From Octopus bimaculoides (Eukaryota), in contig NC_068989.1 in the NCBI RefSeq assembly GCF_001194135.2, positions 53,940,934-53,992,476 of the forward strand: a stretch of 51,543 bases of DNA, read 5' to 3'. Below the pieces are notes generated by a model, which saw only the letters and a program-made list of their open reading frames with translations, was not told the origin of the DNA and searched no databases. The translations under genes were made by a program, and so were the position numbers. The number at the start of each line of letters is the position of its first letter. The first letter of the stretch is position 1. Shown one piece after another: positions 12,016 to 23,792 of this stretch.

Positions 12016-12674
12016 GCGTGTGTATGCACGTATGTATATACATACACCATATCATATACGTGCGTGCATTTTTATGAATATAGATATATATATATATACA
12101 TGTATGTTATTATATATGTATACGTTCATACATATGTATATAAACATATATATATAAATATATTTCTATGTATATATTACATATATATGCGCGTGTATGC
12201 ATGTATATACATATCATATACACGTATACAAACATTGCAAGAATTATTCATGTACCAGCATATAATGTCCAGTTAGCGGTTCTCAAATCACAAGACCCTA
12301 CAATTACACTGAAAGCACGAACCTTCTCCGCCACCCTTTTTCCCCTTCCTGTCTCTCTTACACGCACAAAGATATAAACTTTAAAGCTTATCCTCTCTGA
12401 TCCTGGAAAGTCTCTATGTGGTGTTGATCGCAACGACTAAGATTTTCGCATCAATTATGCTACTTCATACAGAAGTATACACATGCATGCACAACAGTCA
12501 TTATACCTAACTAGCGCAAAGCGATACAAACCAGTCCAAAGGTAGAATTAGGCGGCTGTCTGAGGTTGAACTCTTCTATACTGGCCTGCTATTGGTATTG
12601 AATCCTGTCAATGATTAGTAGAAGTGTAGTGATGTAAATTGATGTGTGTGGTCCAGAAACACAAAGACATATTT

Positions 12675-12773
12675 GGAAATCCTCTTAGCTCCTTGTGGAG
12701 CATGGGGCCGGTTTCCCGGTTTCCATGGCGTATGTGTTCCCCCTTAGCTGGACGGGACGCCAGTCCATCGCAG
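12675..12773 (-). mobile_element. SINE family C 3' fragment
   Basis: GGCCGGTTTCCCGGTTTCCATGGCGTATGTGTTCCCC...GCTGGACGGGACGCCAGTCCATCGCAG is nearly identical to part of 15541-15795. Confidence 0.85.
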
Positions 12774-13171
12774 CTTTTTACTCAAGAAAGAGGAAGAAAG
12801 AGTGAGAGAAAGTTAGGGCGAAAGAGTACAACANNNNNNNNNNNNNNNNNNNNNNNNNNNNNNNNNNNNNNNNNNNNNNNNNNNNNNNNNNNNNNNNNNN
12901 NNNNNNNNNNNNNNNNNNNNNNNNNNNNNNNNNNNNNNNNNNNNNNNNNNNNNNNNNNNNNNNNNNNNNNNNNNNNNNNNNNNNNNNNNNNNNNNNNNNN
13001 NNNNNNNNNNNNNNNNNNNNNNNNNNNNNNNNNNNNNNNNNNNNNNNNNNNNNNNNNNNNNNNNNNNNNNNNNNNNNNNNNNNNNNNNNNNNNNNNNNNN
13101 NNNNNNNNNNNNNNNNNNNNNNNNNNNNNNNNNNNNNNNNNNNNNNNNNNNNNNNNNNNNNNNNNNNNNNN

Positions 13172-13314
13172 CGACTGTTACATATTTTATCGATCCCGAA
13201 AGGATGGAAGGCATAATCGACTTCGGTGGAATTTGAACTCAGGACGTAAAGACGGATGAAGTACTGCTAATCATTTTTCTCGGTTTGCTAACGCTTCCAC
13301 CAGCTCGCCACCTT
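13172..13314 (-). mobile_element. SINE family A copy
   Basis: ATCGATCCCGAAAGGATGGAAGGC...GGAATTTGAACTCAGGACGT...CCAGCTCGCCACCTT. Confidence 0.85.
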
Positions 13315-13319
13315 AAACG

Positions 13320-13345
<26 letters not shown>

Positions 13346-13351
<6 letters not shown>

Positions 13352-13520
13352 TTTCAAATTTTGGCCCACGGCGAGCAATGCTGAACTGCTACTTATTTTA
13401 TCGACCCTGATGAAAGGCAAAATCAATCTCCGCGGAATTTGAACTCAGAACACAAAGACAGCCGAAATGCCACTAACCATTTTGCCCCGCGTACCAACGA
13501 TTCTGTCATTTCTCTGCCTT
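13346..13520 (-). mobile_element. SINE family A copy, in tandem with the previous one and separated by (CA)n
   Basis: TTATCGACCCTGATGAAAGGCAAA...GGAATTTGAACTCAGAAC...AACGATTCTGTC. Confidence 0.8.
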
Positions 13521-14070
13521 AAACAGAGAAATATTAGCAACGAATTGAAACCCATAACCGATGACCAATATACCATTCCCATTTTTGTTGATTTCATGTT
13601 TTTGTAGATTACATATATTTGCTGCACTGTGCCTTATCTTTAATCGTAGCTAATGATAGTTTCTTGGTATAAGAAATATTTCGTCAGAACATATTTATTG
13701 CCTGAATGTGACTGAATAAGCGTAGTCAAGGGACATGACAGTATGCTAAGAAACGATTAGTAAACTAAAATTGATGATCTGTATCAATGTTTTGCATTAG
13801 TCTGCGATATAAAATGTATTAAGTAGCGTACTCGCCCTTCAGACGCATTCAGTAAATTCGTTCATTTGTGGACATGCTATCAGTTTGACTAAGAGTACCT
13901 GTATTGTTATATTGCATGTGTGTGTGTGTGTGTTTTTCTGTGTGTATTTGGAGGTAGTGCATGCTTGTACGCAAAGAATAACTGAAAGAAGATGATGGGA
14001 AAAGATAAGTTGAGAAGAAGAAGAAGAAAGAAGAAAAGGTAGGAAAGAAAAAACGAGTAGGATGATGATA

Positions 14071-14105
<35 letters not shown>

Positions 14106-14139
14106 ATAAAATCACTGTGTCGCGCTCGTATGGTTGTAA

Positions 14140-14256
14140 TTCATGTGCCTGGTGTACCCTTATCAAACGGAGAGTCCTGATGGGTATACTGGGCTTTGTA
14201 TATCTGTACCCCAGTGTCACTTTGATGGCATGCACTGCTCTCTGACTCAGTAACAT
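14140..14256 (+). mobile_element. Probable 3' end of a non-LTR retroelement, followed by an (AAT)n tail
   Basis: Complex block GGTGTACCCTTATC...CCCCAGTGTCACTTTGATGGCATGCACTGCTCTCTGACTCAG runs straight into (AAT)n. I recall it as a common cephalopod repeat end; it is single copy in this window. Confidence 0.5.
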
Positions 14257-14268
14257 TAATAATAATAA

Positions 14269-14338
<70 letters not shown>

Positions 14339-14527
14339 AAGAAGAAGAAGAAGAAGAAGAAGAAGAAGAAGAAGAAGAAGAAGAAGAAGAAGAAGAAGAA
14401 GAAGAAGAAGAAGAAGAAGAAGAAGAAGAAGAAGAAGAAGAAGAAGAAGAAGAAGAAGAAGAAGAAGAAGAAGAAGAAGAAGAAGAAGAAGAAGAAGAAG
14501 AAGAACAAGAAGAAGAAGAAGAAGAAG
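14257..14527. repeat. (AAT)n switching to a long (AAG)n tract of about 70 units
   Basis: Directly visible, with one AAC interruption near 14505. Confidence 0.95.
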
Positions 14528-14834
14528 GTAGGTATTGTTGTTGTGATGGTGGTAAAGATGATAATGATGTGTTTGCATCATAGAAAAAATCGGTGGAATC
14601 GACTGATCGACAATAACAATAAAGACATTAAACAGCTATTAGTCGCAGCGAATATGTTTAGGCAGCGTGTAATCATATTTTCGCTAAATGATAACTATAA
14701 AGTGATGAACAGACATAAAAACAGTTTTGGACCTCTCACTCTGAGGATATGGCTATTGAAGAGCGAAAAAAAAATACAGCAATAGTTACTAGATTGATAC
14801 TCAATTACAACGGAGCAGAAGACTGAAAGGTCAA

Positions 14835-14938
14835 ATGAAGAACTTGCTCAAGGTTACAAGGCAGACCTGGTTCCAAGAATCGAACTCTCAGCCATATGGT
14901 TGCGAGCACAACATCCTAACAACTAGGCCTCGCGCCTT
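14835..14938 (-). mobile_element. CORE-like SINE head fragment (family C/D-like)
   Basis: CTTGCTCAAGG...GAATCGAACTC...CCTAACAACTAGGCCTCGCGCCT is the reverse complement of a tRNA head plus CORE-like start. Confidence 0.6.
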
Positions 14939-15279
14939 TGCGAATGGACTACCGTCAGAATTTCTGCCTATGCGTGTGTTCAATTGATCGATCAATTAAA
15001 TCAATTAAATCACCAAGTTCATCGAATTAATGTTAAGTGGCTAAGTATTCCGCGACACCGTGTTTACATAGCTGGAGGCTTTGAATTACAGACAAATCCA
15101 TCCGAAGGGCTTCTATATAGTTTCATCTACCAATCCAACTTCGCTCACATGGTATGAGTCGAACTGAAGCTAGAGAAAATGACGATTGCTCATGATTTCC
15201 CACAGAGGAATTTGAACGGGAACTTATAATTTCTCAGCAAATTTATTGACCTCTCGTCTTCATTAGAAAATATTAATAA

Positions 15280-15455
15280 ATTCTTTGGCACAATTTTGAG
15301 GGATGAGCACCAGTCGTTTACATCGACACCAGTATTTCATTGGTATTTATTTCACCGATCCCGAAAAGATTGAAAAGCAAAGTTGACCATGCGGCTTTGA
15401 ACTCAGAATGCAAAGGGTCAGAAGAAATGCCCTTAAGCATTTTTTTCCGGCTTTA
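15280..15455 (-). mobile_element. SINE family A copy, diverged
   Basis: TACATCGACACCAGT...CCGATCCCGAAAAG...AAAGTTGACC...TTTGAACTCAGAATG. Confidence 0.75.
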
Positions 15456-15540
15456 ATTTCAGGGCATTGTAGTAGTAGTAGTAGTAGTAGAAGTAGTAGC
15501 CATCTGTTGCGATCTCTGTCATCATTATCACCAATAATAA

Positions 15541-15795
15541 TAAATAAATGCGCCCTTTTAAAGCCTAGCCAGGCTCATGGGCCCGGTTTCCCGGTTTCAA
15601 TGGCGTATGTGTTCCCCAGCTGGACGGGACGCCAGTCCATCGCAGCGTTACTCATTTTTGCCAGCTGAGTGGACTGGAGCAACGTGAAATGAAGTGTTTT
15701 GCTCCAGAACACAACGCGTCGCTCGGTCCAGGAATCGAAACCACAATCTTACGATCATGATGCTGACACACTAACCACTAAGCCACGCGCCTCCA
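15541..15795 (-). mobile_element. SINE family C copy, full length and young-looking
   Basis: Minus strand: GGAGGCGCGTGGCTTAGTGG (A box), GGTTTCGATTCC (B box), CORE-like segment, GCGATGGACTGGCGTCCCGTCCAG, and a tail ending in ATTT repeats. Confidence 0.9.
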
Positions 15796-16361
15796 CCATT
15801 GTCACCAATAAGAAAGCAAAAATTTTAATCATGATACAGAACCAGAAAATAACAAGAACCTATCCCAAATGTGGTGCNNNNNNNNNNNNNNNNNNNNNNN
15901 NNNNNNNNNNNNNNNNNNNNNNNNNNNNNNNNNNNNNNNNNNNNNNNNNNNNNNNNNNNNNNNNNNNNNNNNNNNNNNNNNNNNNNNNNNNNNNNNNNNN
16001 NNNNNNNNNNNNNNNNNNNNNNNNNNNNNNNNNNNNNNNNNNNNNNNNNNNNNNNNNNNNNNNNNNNNNNNNNNNNNNNNNNNNNNNNNNNNNNNNNNNN
16101 NNNNNNNNCGTTCCACATTTCTCTCCACCCTGAACAAGAACGAGGTCACTAAGTACGAGTCATAGACAAACAACAAGTTTATTTGTCAACATTTACGACA
16201 CTTTGTGTGGCAACGGGTATCACCTGTTACTCATTACATAGAAGGATCTGAAAAAACAGGCACGTACGCACGCATAGACCACATATACGCATAATTACGC
16301 ATACGTATTCACACGCGTGGGTAGGCGAGTGTATGTGTGTGTGTGTGTATGTGTGTACATG

Positions 16362-16411
<50 letters not shown>

Positions 16412-16879
16412 CGTGAGCATTCATGATTTGTTTTGAGAGTACGAGTCTGAAGGCGAAATGGCATTTGGGGTGGGTCTCTGTTAAACATGTGACAATGACA
16501 ACGACGATGACGATAATAATAATAGTGGTCTGATGATGATGATGATGATGGAGGAAGTGATGATGGTACGGTGGGTGAAATGGGAAATCTTGCTGTGAAT
16601 GAGTTTTGCTGTTGTTGTTATTGTTGATGGTGGTGTTGGTGGCGGTGGTGATGCTGCTGCCTTGTATGAAGGTAAATTAGATTTTTATTGTAGTGTCATC
16701 ATCATCATCACCATCACCCTACTCCTCCTTCTTCTCCTCTTCTTCCTCCTCCTCATCATCATCATGGTCATCATCATTGTTATCCTTCTACGACAATATC
16801 AAATGTTCATATTCACGACCTTCCCCAACTCATTGCAACATTCATAATAGGGTGTAGTTCGTAATCGCTGGATATTGAC

Positions 16880-17150
16880 ATTGGTCGTCGTCGGGATTTG
16901 AAACCCGCAGATGAAAATCTTAAACACAGAACGCAACGAGCCAACAGAAGTGCCATAAAGTATCTCATCTGACTCTCAAATAAATCCGCCAATCCGCCAA
17001 TCCATAGGCTCTGTGGAGTGGTACTTTATTCATCGTCCCCGAAAGAATAAAAAAGGCAAAATTGACTTCAGCGAGATTTGAGCCAGAGCACAGAAGTTAG
17101 AAACTAATATCGCAGAACATTCCAACAGAGAGTCTTGCGACCATCTGCCA
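16880..17150 (-). mobile_element. Two old SINE family A relics in tandem
   Basis: CGGGATTTGAA and AATCCGCCAATCCGCC, then GGTACTTTATTCATCGTCCCCGAAAG...GGCAAAATTGACTTCAGCGAGATTTGAGCC. Confidence 0.55.
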
Positions 17151-17165
17151 ATTTTGATATTGTTT

Positions 17166-17223
<58 letters not shown>
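17166..17223. repeat. (GTA)n microsatellite
   Basis: Directly visible. Confidence 0.95.
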
Positions 17224-17224
<1 letters not shown>

Positions 17225-18019
17225 TGAAGAAGAAGAATTGATGATGGTAGTGGTGGTGATACGGGTACTGGCTGTGTATGTACGCTGAAGTACACACCTA
17301 AGCAATGTAAGTAAAGCCGGCGGGAGAAATGCAACTGTGATCGGAATACCGTAGTATTTCGTATAAAGTTATGTGGTTGTTATGATTTAATTGGAGAGGA
17401 TTAAACAGCAGCTATCGTAATTATTACCAATAATGATATGTTAAACCGCAATGGACATAGATATCCGAACGTGCTTGCAGACGTGCACGATTGCGTGCAC
17501 GCACGTACACACGCAAACACACACATACAAACACATACACACACACGCACGCACGAACACGCATGTATGCCTGCATGCACACACGCGCATACGCACATGC
17601 ACACATTTTTTAGTGAGGAGGAGATGCAGTGCCCATGACCTTTGAAAGGGTCGCTGACGAAAGGCAAGTATCCTCAAACTACTAACCTAAGCTGATACTT
17701 GCAAAAACGAACAAACTTTCGCTGAAGGTTGCCGAAAGACGAGATAGTGGGTTCATCCGATCGTCGTCTCTCAGTTGTTTGATCTTCTGGACTGATCATG
17801 ATCTATGGTTAGTGCTCACCGATCAGAGGCATCTAGCCCTGACCATTGAGAACGTTTCGTTATATATGAGTAGACATTATCTCATGTTTCTTTCAGATTT
17901 ATGAGAAAGTTAGGATGTGAATAGAAAAGAAAGTTTGTAGCTATGCTTAGCAGGTTGTAATACATGAGTACATACTGACATACATGCATATATACAAACA
18001 TACATACGTATATATATAC

Positions 18020-18057
<38 letters not shown>

Positions 18058-18473
18058 NNNNNNNNNNNNNNNNNNNNNNNNNNNNNNNNNNNNNNNNNNN
18101 NNNNNNNNNNNNNNNNNNNNNNNNNNNNNNNNNNNNNNNNNNNNNNNNNNNNNNNNNNNNNNNNNNNNNNNNNNNNNNNNNNNNNNNNNNNNNNNNNNNN
18201 NNNNNNNNNNNNNNNNNNNNNNNNNNNNNNNNNNNNNNNNNNNNNNNNNNNNNNNNNNNNNNNNNNNNNNNNNNNNNNNNNNNNNNNNNNNNNNNNNNNN
18301 NNNNNNNNNNNNNNNNNNNNNNNNNNNNNNNNNNNNNNNNNNNNNNNNNNNNNNNNNNNNNNNNNNNNNNNNNNNNNNNNNNNNNNNNNNNNNNNNNNNN
18401 NNNNNNNNNNNNNNNNNNNNNNNNNNNNNNNNNNNNNNNNNNNNNNNNNNNNNNNNNNNNNNNNNNNNNNNNN

Positions 18474-18538
<65 letters not shown>

Positions 18539-19347
18539 ATAGATACAGAAAGATAAATATAGATATATGTATAGATAGATCTTGCAGTCATGAATTGTCG
18601 GCAACAGTGCTGTGTCAATGTTGATCATGATTGCTTGTATTGATAGGAAGAAGAGCGTCTGTTTCAAACACTATCACTAGGAGAAAACTGTAAACAGCTT
18701 CAGCATGAAACAAGAGATTTAGGTCTATAGGTCTGTCCCAAGCAGTCAGACTGGCTTTAAACAATTGCAATTGTTGTGCTTTTTTCTATTGTCAACATCA
18801 ATAGGGTGTGACTGACACGATGATTGCAGCTTACAGTATAGACATATAGAGAAGACGTGATTGTAAAATGGCGTACCAAGGGGTGGCGATGGGAGTTAGC
18901 TGCTGGCCTATAGTCTGCGAACTGTAGTGTATTCACAATGACATGCGTGTGAAAGAATATGTATGTACGTTTTGTTTATACTATGAAATGTAGATTGAAA
19001 AAAAATCAAACCTTATCTCTCTGAAATATATACGGAATGATTGAAGGTTCTCCATTTAAAACCATCATTGTCGACGTCATTGTTGCAAACAATCATGTGA
19101 TGAGATGAGAGTTCAGGATTATTTTGCAACATCTCTTGTAATACATTTGACTCTATATATGCAAGTCCAAATGATATATGTGTGTGTACATGTGTGTATG
19201 TGTATGTATAAATGTATATACGTATGTATATGTTTGTGTATATGCGTGTAAACATAAATAGAGACACCTCTCCACCTCATACACACACTCACACACACAC
19301 TCACTCACACACACACACATACTCACACATACACACATATATATATA

Positions 19348-19966
19348 TCTTGTATCTTTTACTTTAGTCATCAGACCGCGGCCATGCTGGGGCACCGCCT
19401 TGAAGAATTTTATTCGATCCAATCGATCACAGTATTTTTTTCTTTTTAAAGCTGGGTACTTAGTCCATCAACTCTATGGCCGAACCGCTGAGTTACGGGG
19501 ATATAAACAAACCAACACCTTTTTCAAACAGTGGGGGTAAACATGAACACACACACATATGCATATAAGGCGGCGAACTGGCAGAAATGTTAGCACGCCG
19601 GGCGAAATGCTTAGCGGTATTTCGTCTGCCGCTACGTTCTGAGTTCAAATTCCGCCGAGGTCGACTTTGCCTTCCATCCTTTCGGGGTCGATTAAATAAG
19701 TACCAGTTACGCACTGGGGTCGGTATAATCGACTTAATCCGTTTGTCTGTCCTTGTTTGTCCCCTCTGTGTGTAGCCCCTTGTGGGTAGTAAAGAAACAA
19801 CACACATATGCATATATACGACAGGCTTCTTTCAGCTTCCCTTTACCAAATCCGTTCACAAAGATTTGGTCAGCCCGAGGCCCTAGCAGAATATATTTGC
19901 CCAAGGTGCCACACAGTAGGTTTGAACTTGGAACCATAGTTCTTACCACACAGCCACGCTAGCGCT
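19348..19966 (-). mobile_element. SINE family B copy interrupted by a family A insertion
   Basis: The 3' half at 19348-19567 and the 5' half at 19800-19966 both match the other family B copies. Confidence 0.85.
19568..19799 (+). mobile_element. SINE family A copy, full length, with a perfect 17-bp TSD
   Basis: ACACACATATGCATATA at 19551-19567 and 19800-19816. A-box-like TGGCAGAAATG and B box GTTCAAATTCC. The central GCCTTCCATCCTTTCGGGGTCGAT...TAAGTACC resembles the Meta/MESC SINE domain as I recall it (not verified). Confidence 0.92.
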
Positions 19967-20141
19967 TATAGGCACGCTAACGTAACTCAAGGCTTTGACC
20001 TCGAATTTCTGAGAACTATAAAGAGACAGCGGGCTCTTCGTCACACCAGTCGGCGTATCTTGAGCAACTTTGGTAAAATATTGACATTTTCTTTTTTCCT
20101 TCACTCGTGAACTCACCTCATATGCAAGCTTTAGTATAGAC

Positions 20142-20327
20142 CAGTGCTTTAGAACCGGTATGCCGCGGCACACTTGCGTGCCACGAAACGATGCTAAGTG
20201 TGTTGCAGTGTAACCTGAATACAAATTTTCCCCTATACTTTTGGTTATATTTTTAGCTCAGGTGTGCCACCGAATTTTGAAAAAAATATAAGCGTAACGC
20301 AAGTGGAAAAAAGGTTGCGGAGCACTG
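20142..20327. mobile_element. Non-autonomous hAT (Charlie-type) MITE, 186 bp
   Basis: TIRs CAGTGCTTTAGAACC and GGTTGCGGAGCACTG. Perfect 8-bp TSD GTATAGAC at 20134-20141 and 20328-20335. Confidence 0.9.
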
Positions 20328-20765
20328 GTATAGACTGATATCTCTTTGTCGATATCGATCTATGGTGAAATTGCCAAATGCATTGAGATAAAAAGATACA
20401 CATTCTGATAACAGACAAGTGAATAGATGACGGGACACAAAACACAAACTGCAAGTTTCTTTCAAATTGTAACCGGAGACTACTTTGAATTTCCGATTTT
20501 CTGACATATATTTCATTCCTTTTACACCTACCACGAATGTTATTTCTACATAGAAAAAATATCTCAGTATCCCTTGTATGTAGGAGATCTCTTTTCCCCA
20601 AATTTAGGATCATAGTTTCTTTCGATGGTAGATAAAGCTTTTATGTAATTTAAGAAAGAAAAGGTAAAATGAAAGAATTTAACCACAGGTGCGTTATTGT
20701 TGCAACAGTGAATGGAACCTGGGCCTTGGATATGATTCAATGTGATCCTTTTGTTTGTTTAATTA

Positions 20766-20965
20766 TCTTTTATTCTTTTATTATACTTCAGTCATTAGAT
20801 GGCAGCCATGCTGGAGTACAGCCTTGAAATCACCTCCAGTACTTATTTTTAAAGCTTGGTACGTATGTATCTTTCGCTTCACTCCTATGTTACAGGAACG
20901 TAAACGAACCAACACCGGTTGTCAAGCGGAGGTGTAGGACAAATACAAGCACAGACAAACACACA
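20766..20965 (-). mobile_element. SINE family B 3' half
   Basis: TTCAGTCATTAGATGGCAGCCATGCTGGAG...AACACCGGTTGTCAAGCGG. Confidence 0.8.
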
Positions 20966-20994
20966 GAAGCGCGTACACACACGTATAATAAATA

Positions 20995-21054
<60 letters not shown>

Positions 21055-21449
21055 TGTGTATGTATGTATAGAAATTTTCATTATATACAACCGCTTGCAT
21101 TCATTGTTGTTCATAGAAACGAGATGGGTTTGAGATGTAACATAGATTATAGATGAAAAATATCGGTATTATCAAATTATGAACGTAGTCCTTGAAAGAG
21201 AAGAGAAGGATGTTCGGAAATACATTGGTCTGGAAAATAAGTGATAGTCATGTGGGAATATCGGTCTTAAAGTACACGCAGTTGTAATTAGTTACTCACT
21301 GATGTGAACCAAAAAACAATGAAATCTGCCATTATAACGTTTTGTAAAATTAAACCAAATGCATAAATCTATAAAATAGGATGCGAAGAAGTGACGATTT
21401 GAGCGTATAAACAAATAAATTAAATATGTAAATGATTTAATCAGAAGCA

Positions 21450-21533
21450 TAAATATACAAAATAGATGTGTAAATAGGTAAATCAGTTGTATAAATATGC
21501 AATTTAGATGTGCAAATATGTAAATTAGATGGT
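21450..21533. repeat. Degenerate 21-bp minisatellite, 4 copies
   Basis: Units TAAATATACAAAATAGATGTG / TAAATAGGTAAATCAGTTGTA / TAAATATGCAATTTAGATGTG / CAAATATGTAAATTAGATGGT. Confidence 0.75.
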
Positions 21534-21685
21534 ATATATGTGCATATCAGAAAATGCCGTACGTGAATCGGTTATGCAAACGAGGCAATCAAATGTGGAA
21601 GTGTTTATAAGATGTTTTAAATATAAAAAAATAAAGCATCATGTATGTGTATATACTACATTGCATGATGCAGATGTATTTACTC

Positions 21686-21846
21686 AGATGCAGGCGTGAC
21701 TGTGTGATAAGAAGCCTGCTTCCCAACCACGTGGTTCCGGGTTCAGACACACTGCGTGACACCTTAGATAAGTGTCTTCTACTATAGCCTGGAGCTGACC
21801 AAAGGCTTGTGAGTAGATTTGTAGACGGAAATTGAAAAAAGCCCCT

Positions 21847-21849
<3 letters not shown>
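21686..21849 (+). mobile_element. SINE family B 5' half, running into (TA)n and an N-gap
   Basis: GCAGGCGTGACTGTGTGATAAGAAGCCTGCTTCCCAACCACGTGGTTCCGGGTTCAG, matching 29731 onward. Confidence 0.85.
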
Positions 21850-21888
<39 letters not shown>

Positions 21889-23225
21889 NNNNNNNNNNNN
21901 NNNNNNNNNNNNNNNNNNNNNNNNNNNNNNNNNNNNNNNNNNNNNNNNNNNNNNNNNNNNNNNNNNNNNNNNNNNNNNNNNNNNNNNNNNNNNNNNNNNN
22001 NNNNNNNNNNNNNNNNNNNNNNNNNNNNNNNNNNNNNNNNNNNNNNNNNNNNNNNNNNNNNNNNNNNNNNNNNNNNNNNNNNNNNNNNNNNNNNNNNNNN
22101 NNNNNNNNNNNNNNNNNNNNNNNNNNNNNNNNNNNNNNNNNNNNNNNNNNNNNNNNNNNNNNNNNNNNNNNNNNNNNNNNNNNNNNNNNNNNNNNNNNNN
22201 NNNNNNNNNNNNNNNNNNNNNNNNNNNNNNNNNNNNNNNNNNNNNNNNNNNNNNNNNNNNNNNNNNNNNNNNAACTAGACATAAGACGTCCACCCGAAAG
22301 GGAGCACGTGTAGAGTTCTACAATTTACATTCAGTGTATCCCTTCAAATGTCTTCAATTTGGCGCGCTAAGTCCGGAAATAACTCTGCAGTTAATAATTT
22401 TTTGCAGCTAATTTACCGGTTTGAGAACATCATTATTTAAAATTTATTAATAAGGGTAAAAATTAATATTAATCAATTAAAACCAGTGGTCTAGCATATT
22501 AAAAAAATCCGAAGATTAAAATTATATAACATACAAAAATAAGAGGAATGACCAGCAAAAGTGGACTCCTATATGCTAGAAATAGATGCCGAATCATTTA
22601 ACCACGAAAAAATATGTTCGCAGTAAAAAAATTAGTAGCACAACAGACTGTAAAAGGGCAAGACAAATGAAAAAATACTAAGTATATATATATATACGAT
22701 TAAATATACGATTGCCTGCTACTAGTGAGTTTAAAGCTCAAATAGAGCATCGCGCACGCGCGCGCGTGTGTGTCCGTGAGTGCGCGTGTGTATATGCATG
22801 TACATGCGTATGTATGCGTGTACGTACACGTATAATCAAATAAAAGGCGGATTCAAAGAAGGCTAAGCTGGCTAGGATACGAGTAGAACAGTTTAGTTTA
22901 TACAGGCGAATATAAAAATTAATCTTCTATTTGTTAAGAATATCCTTAATCTGTTTAGTCTGTCGAGAAATCGCCATCCGTGTAAATCTAGCACATAAAA
23001 CAATCAGTTACATTGTCAGAATTGAGGACAGGAGGGGAAAAAATATTACACGCACATTCGTCAAATAACATACACATACGCATCTCTCTTTCTCTTCCTA
23101 TCTGTCTGTCTGTGTATCTGTCTGTCTCTCCCTCTCTAAATATTTTTGTATGTATGTATGTATGTTCTTGCACACATACATATAGGAACATACATATATA
23201 TCTTAATAAACATATACATGCTTGC

Positions 23226-23281
<56 letters not shown>

Positions 23282-23746
23282 ATATATACATATATATATA
23301 TATACATATATATACAAACAGATAGATAAACATGTATGTGTGTGTGTATAAGCAAGTATATTGGAGGTGTTTGTTATTAAAGTTTTGTTGTCTAAAACAA
23401 ATACAAGATAAGAAACCAAACTGAAATGAAGAAAGAATAAATGAATGAATGAGAGAGTGAATTTAAAGCACAAAAATAAACACTCGCGTTCTGACTTTTA
23501 CTAGGATAATCCCATCTTCTTGTCATTTTATCTAAGACCATTAAAATAATCCTTATTCAGAATTTTTGTAGATTTACAATGATAAATCTATGAATTGCGT
23601 AGTAAATTTTACGCATAACGAGGTATTGTGTATTAAGAAATAAATACATTTTGTTAGATGTTATTTCAAGGTTATGAATAGCATATAGATAAAACAAAAT
23701 TTAATTTAATTAGTGATCCGGTTTAACATCAAGACTTGGTCCTGTG

Positions 23747-23792
23747 TCGGAGACCACACTGTTTCAAGCTCTTGAGCTTGTCATCAGTTCGA
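23747..23792 (-). ncRNA. Candidate minimal type I hammerhead ribozyme motif (Penelope-like-element style)
   Basis: Minus strand: TCGAA CTGATGA C AAGCTC AA GAGCTT GAAAC AGTGTG GTC TCCGA. Complete core, 6-bp stem II, 2-bp stem III and 4/5-bp stem I. Confidence 0.45.

Noticed and set aside
19013-19090. ISLKY...IEGSPFK, filamin-repeat-like
   Set aside because: Needs a frameshift, is only about 15 residues long and lacks the rest of the domain.
22273-22620. AT-rich block starting AACTAG after a gap, with a 10-bp inverted repeat (22490-22499 / 22571-22580); possible Helitron-like repeat
   Set aside because: Single copy in the window, the true end is lost in the gap, and there are no diagnostic termini.
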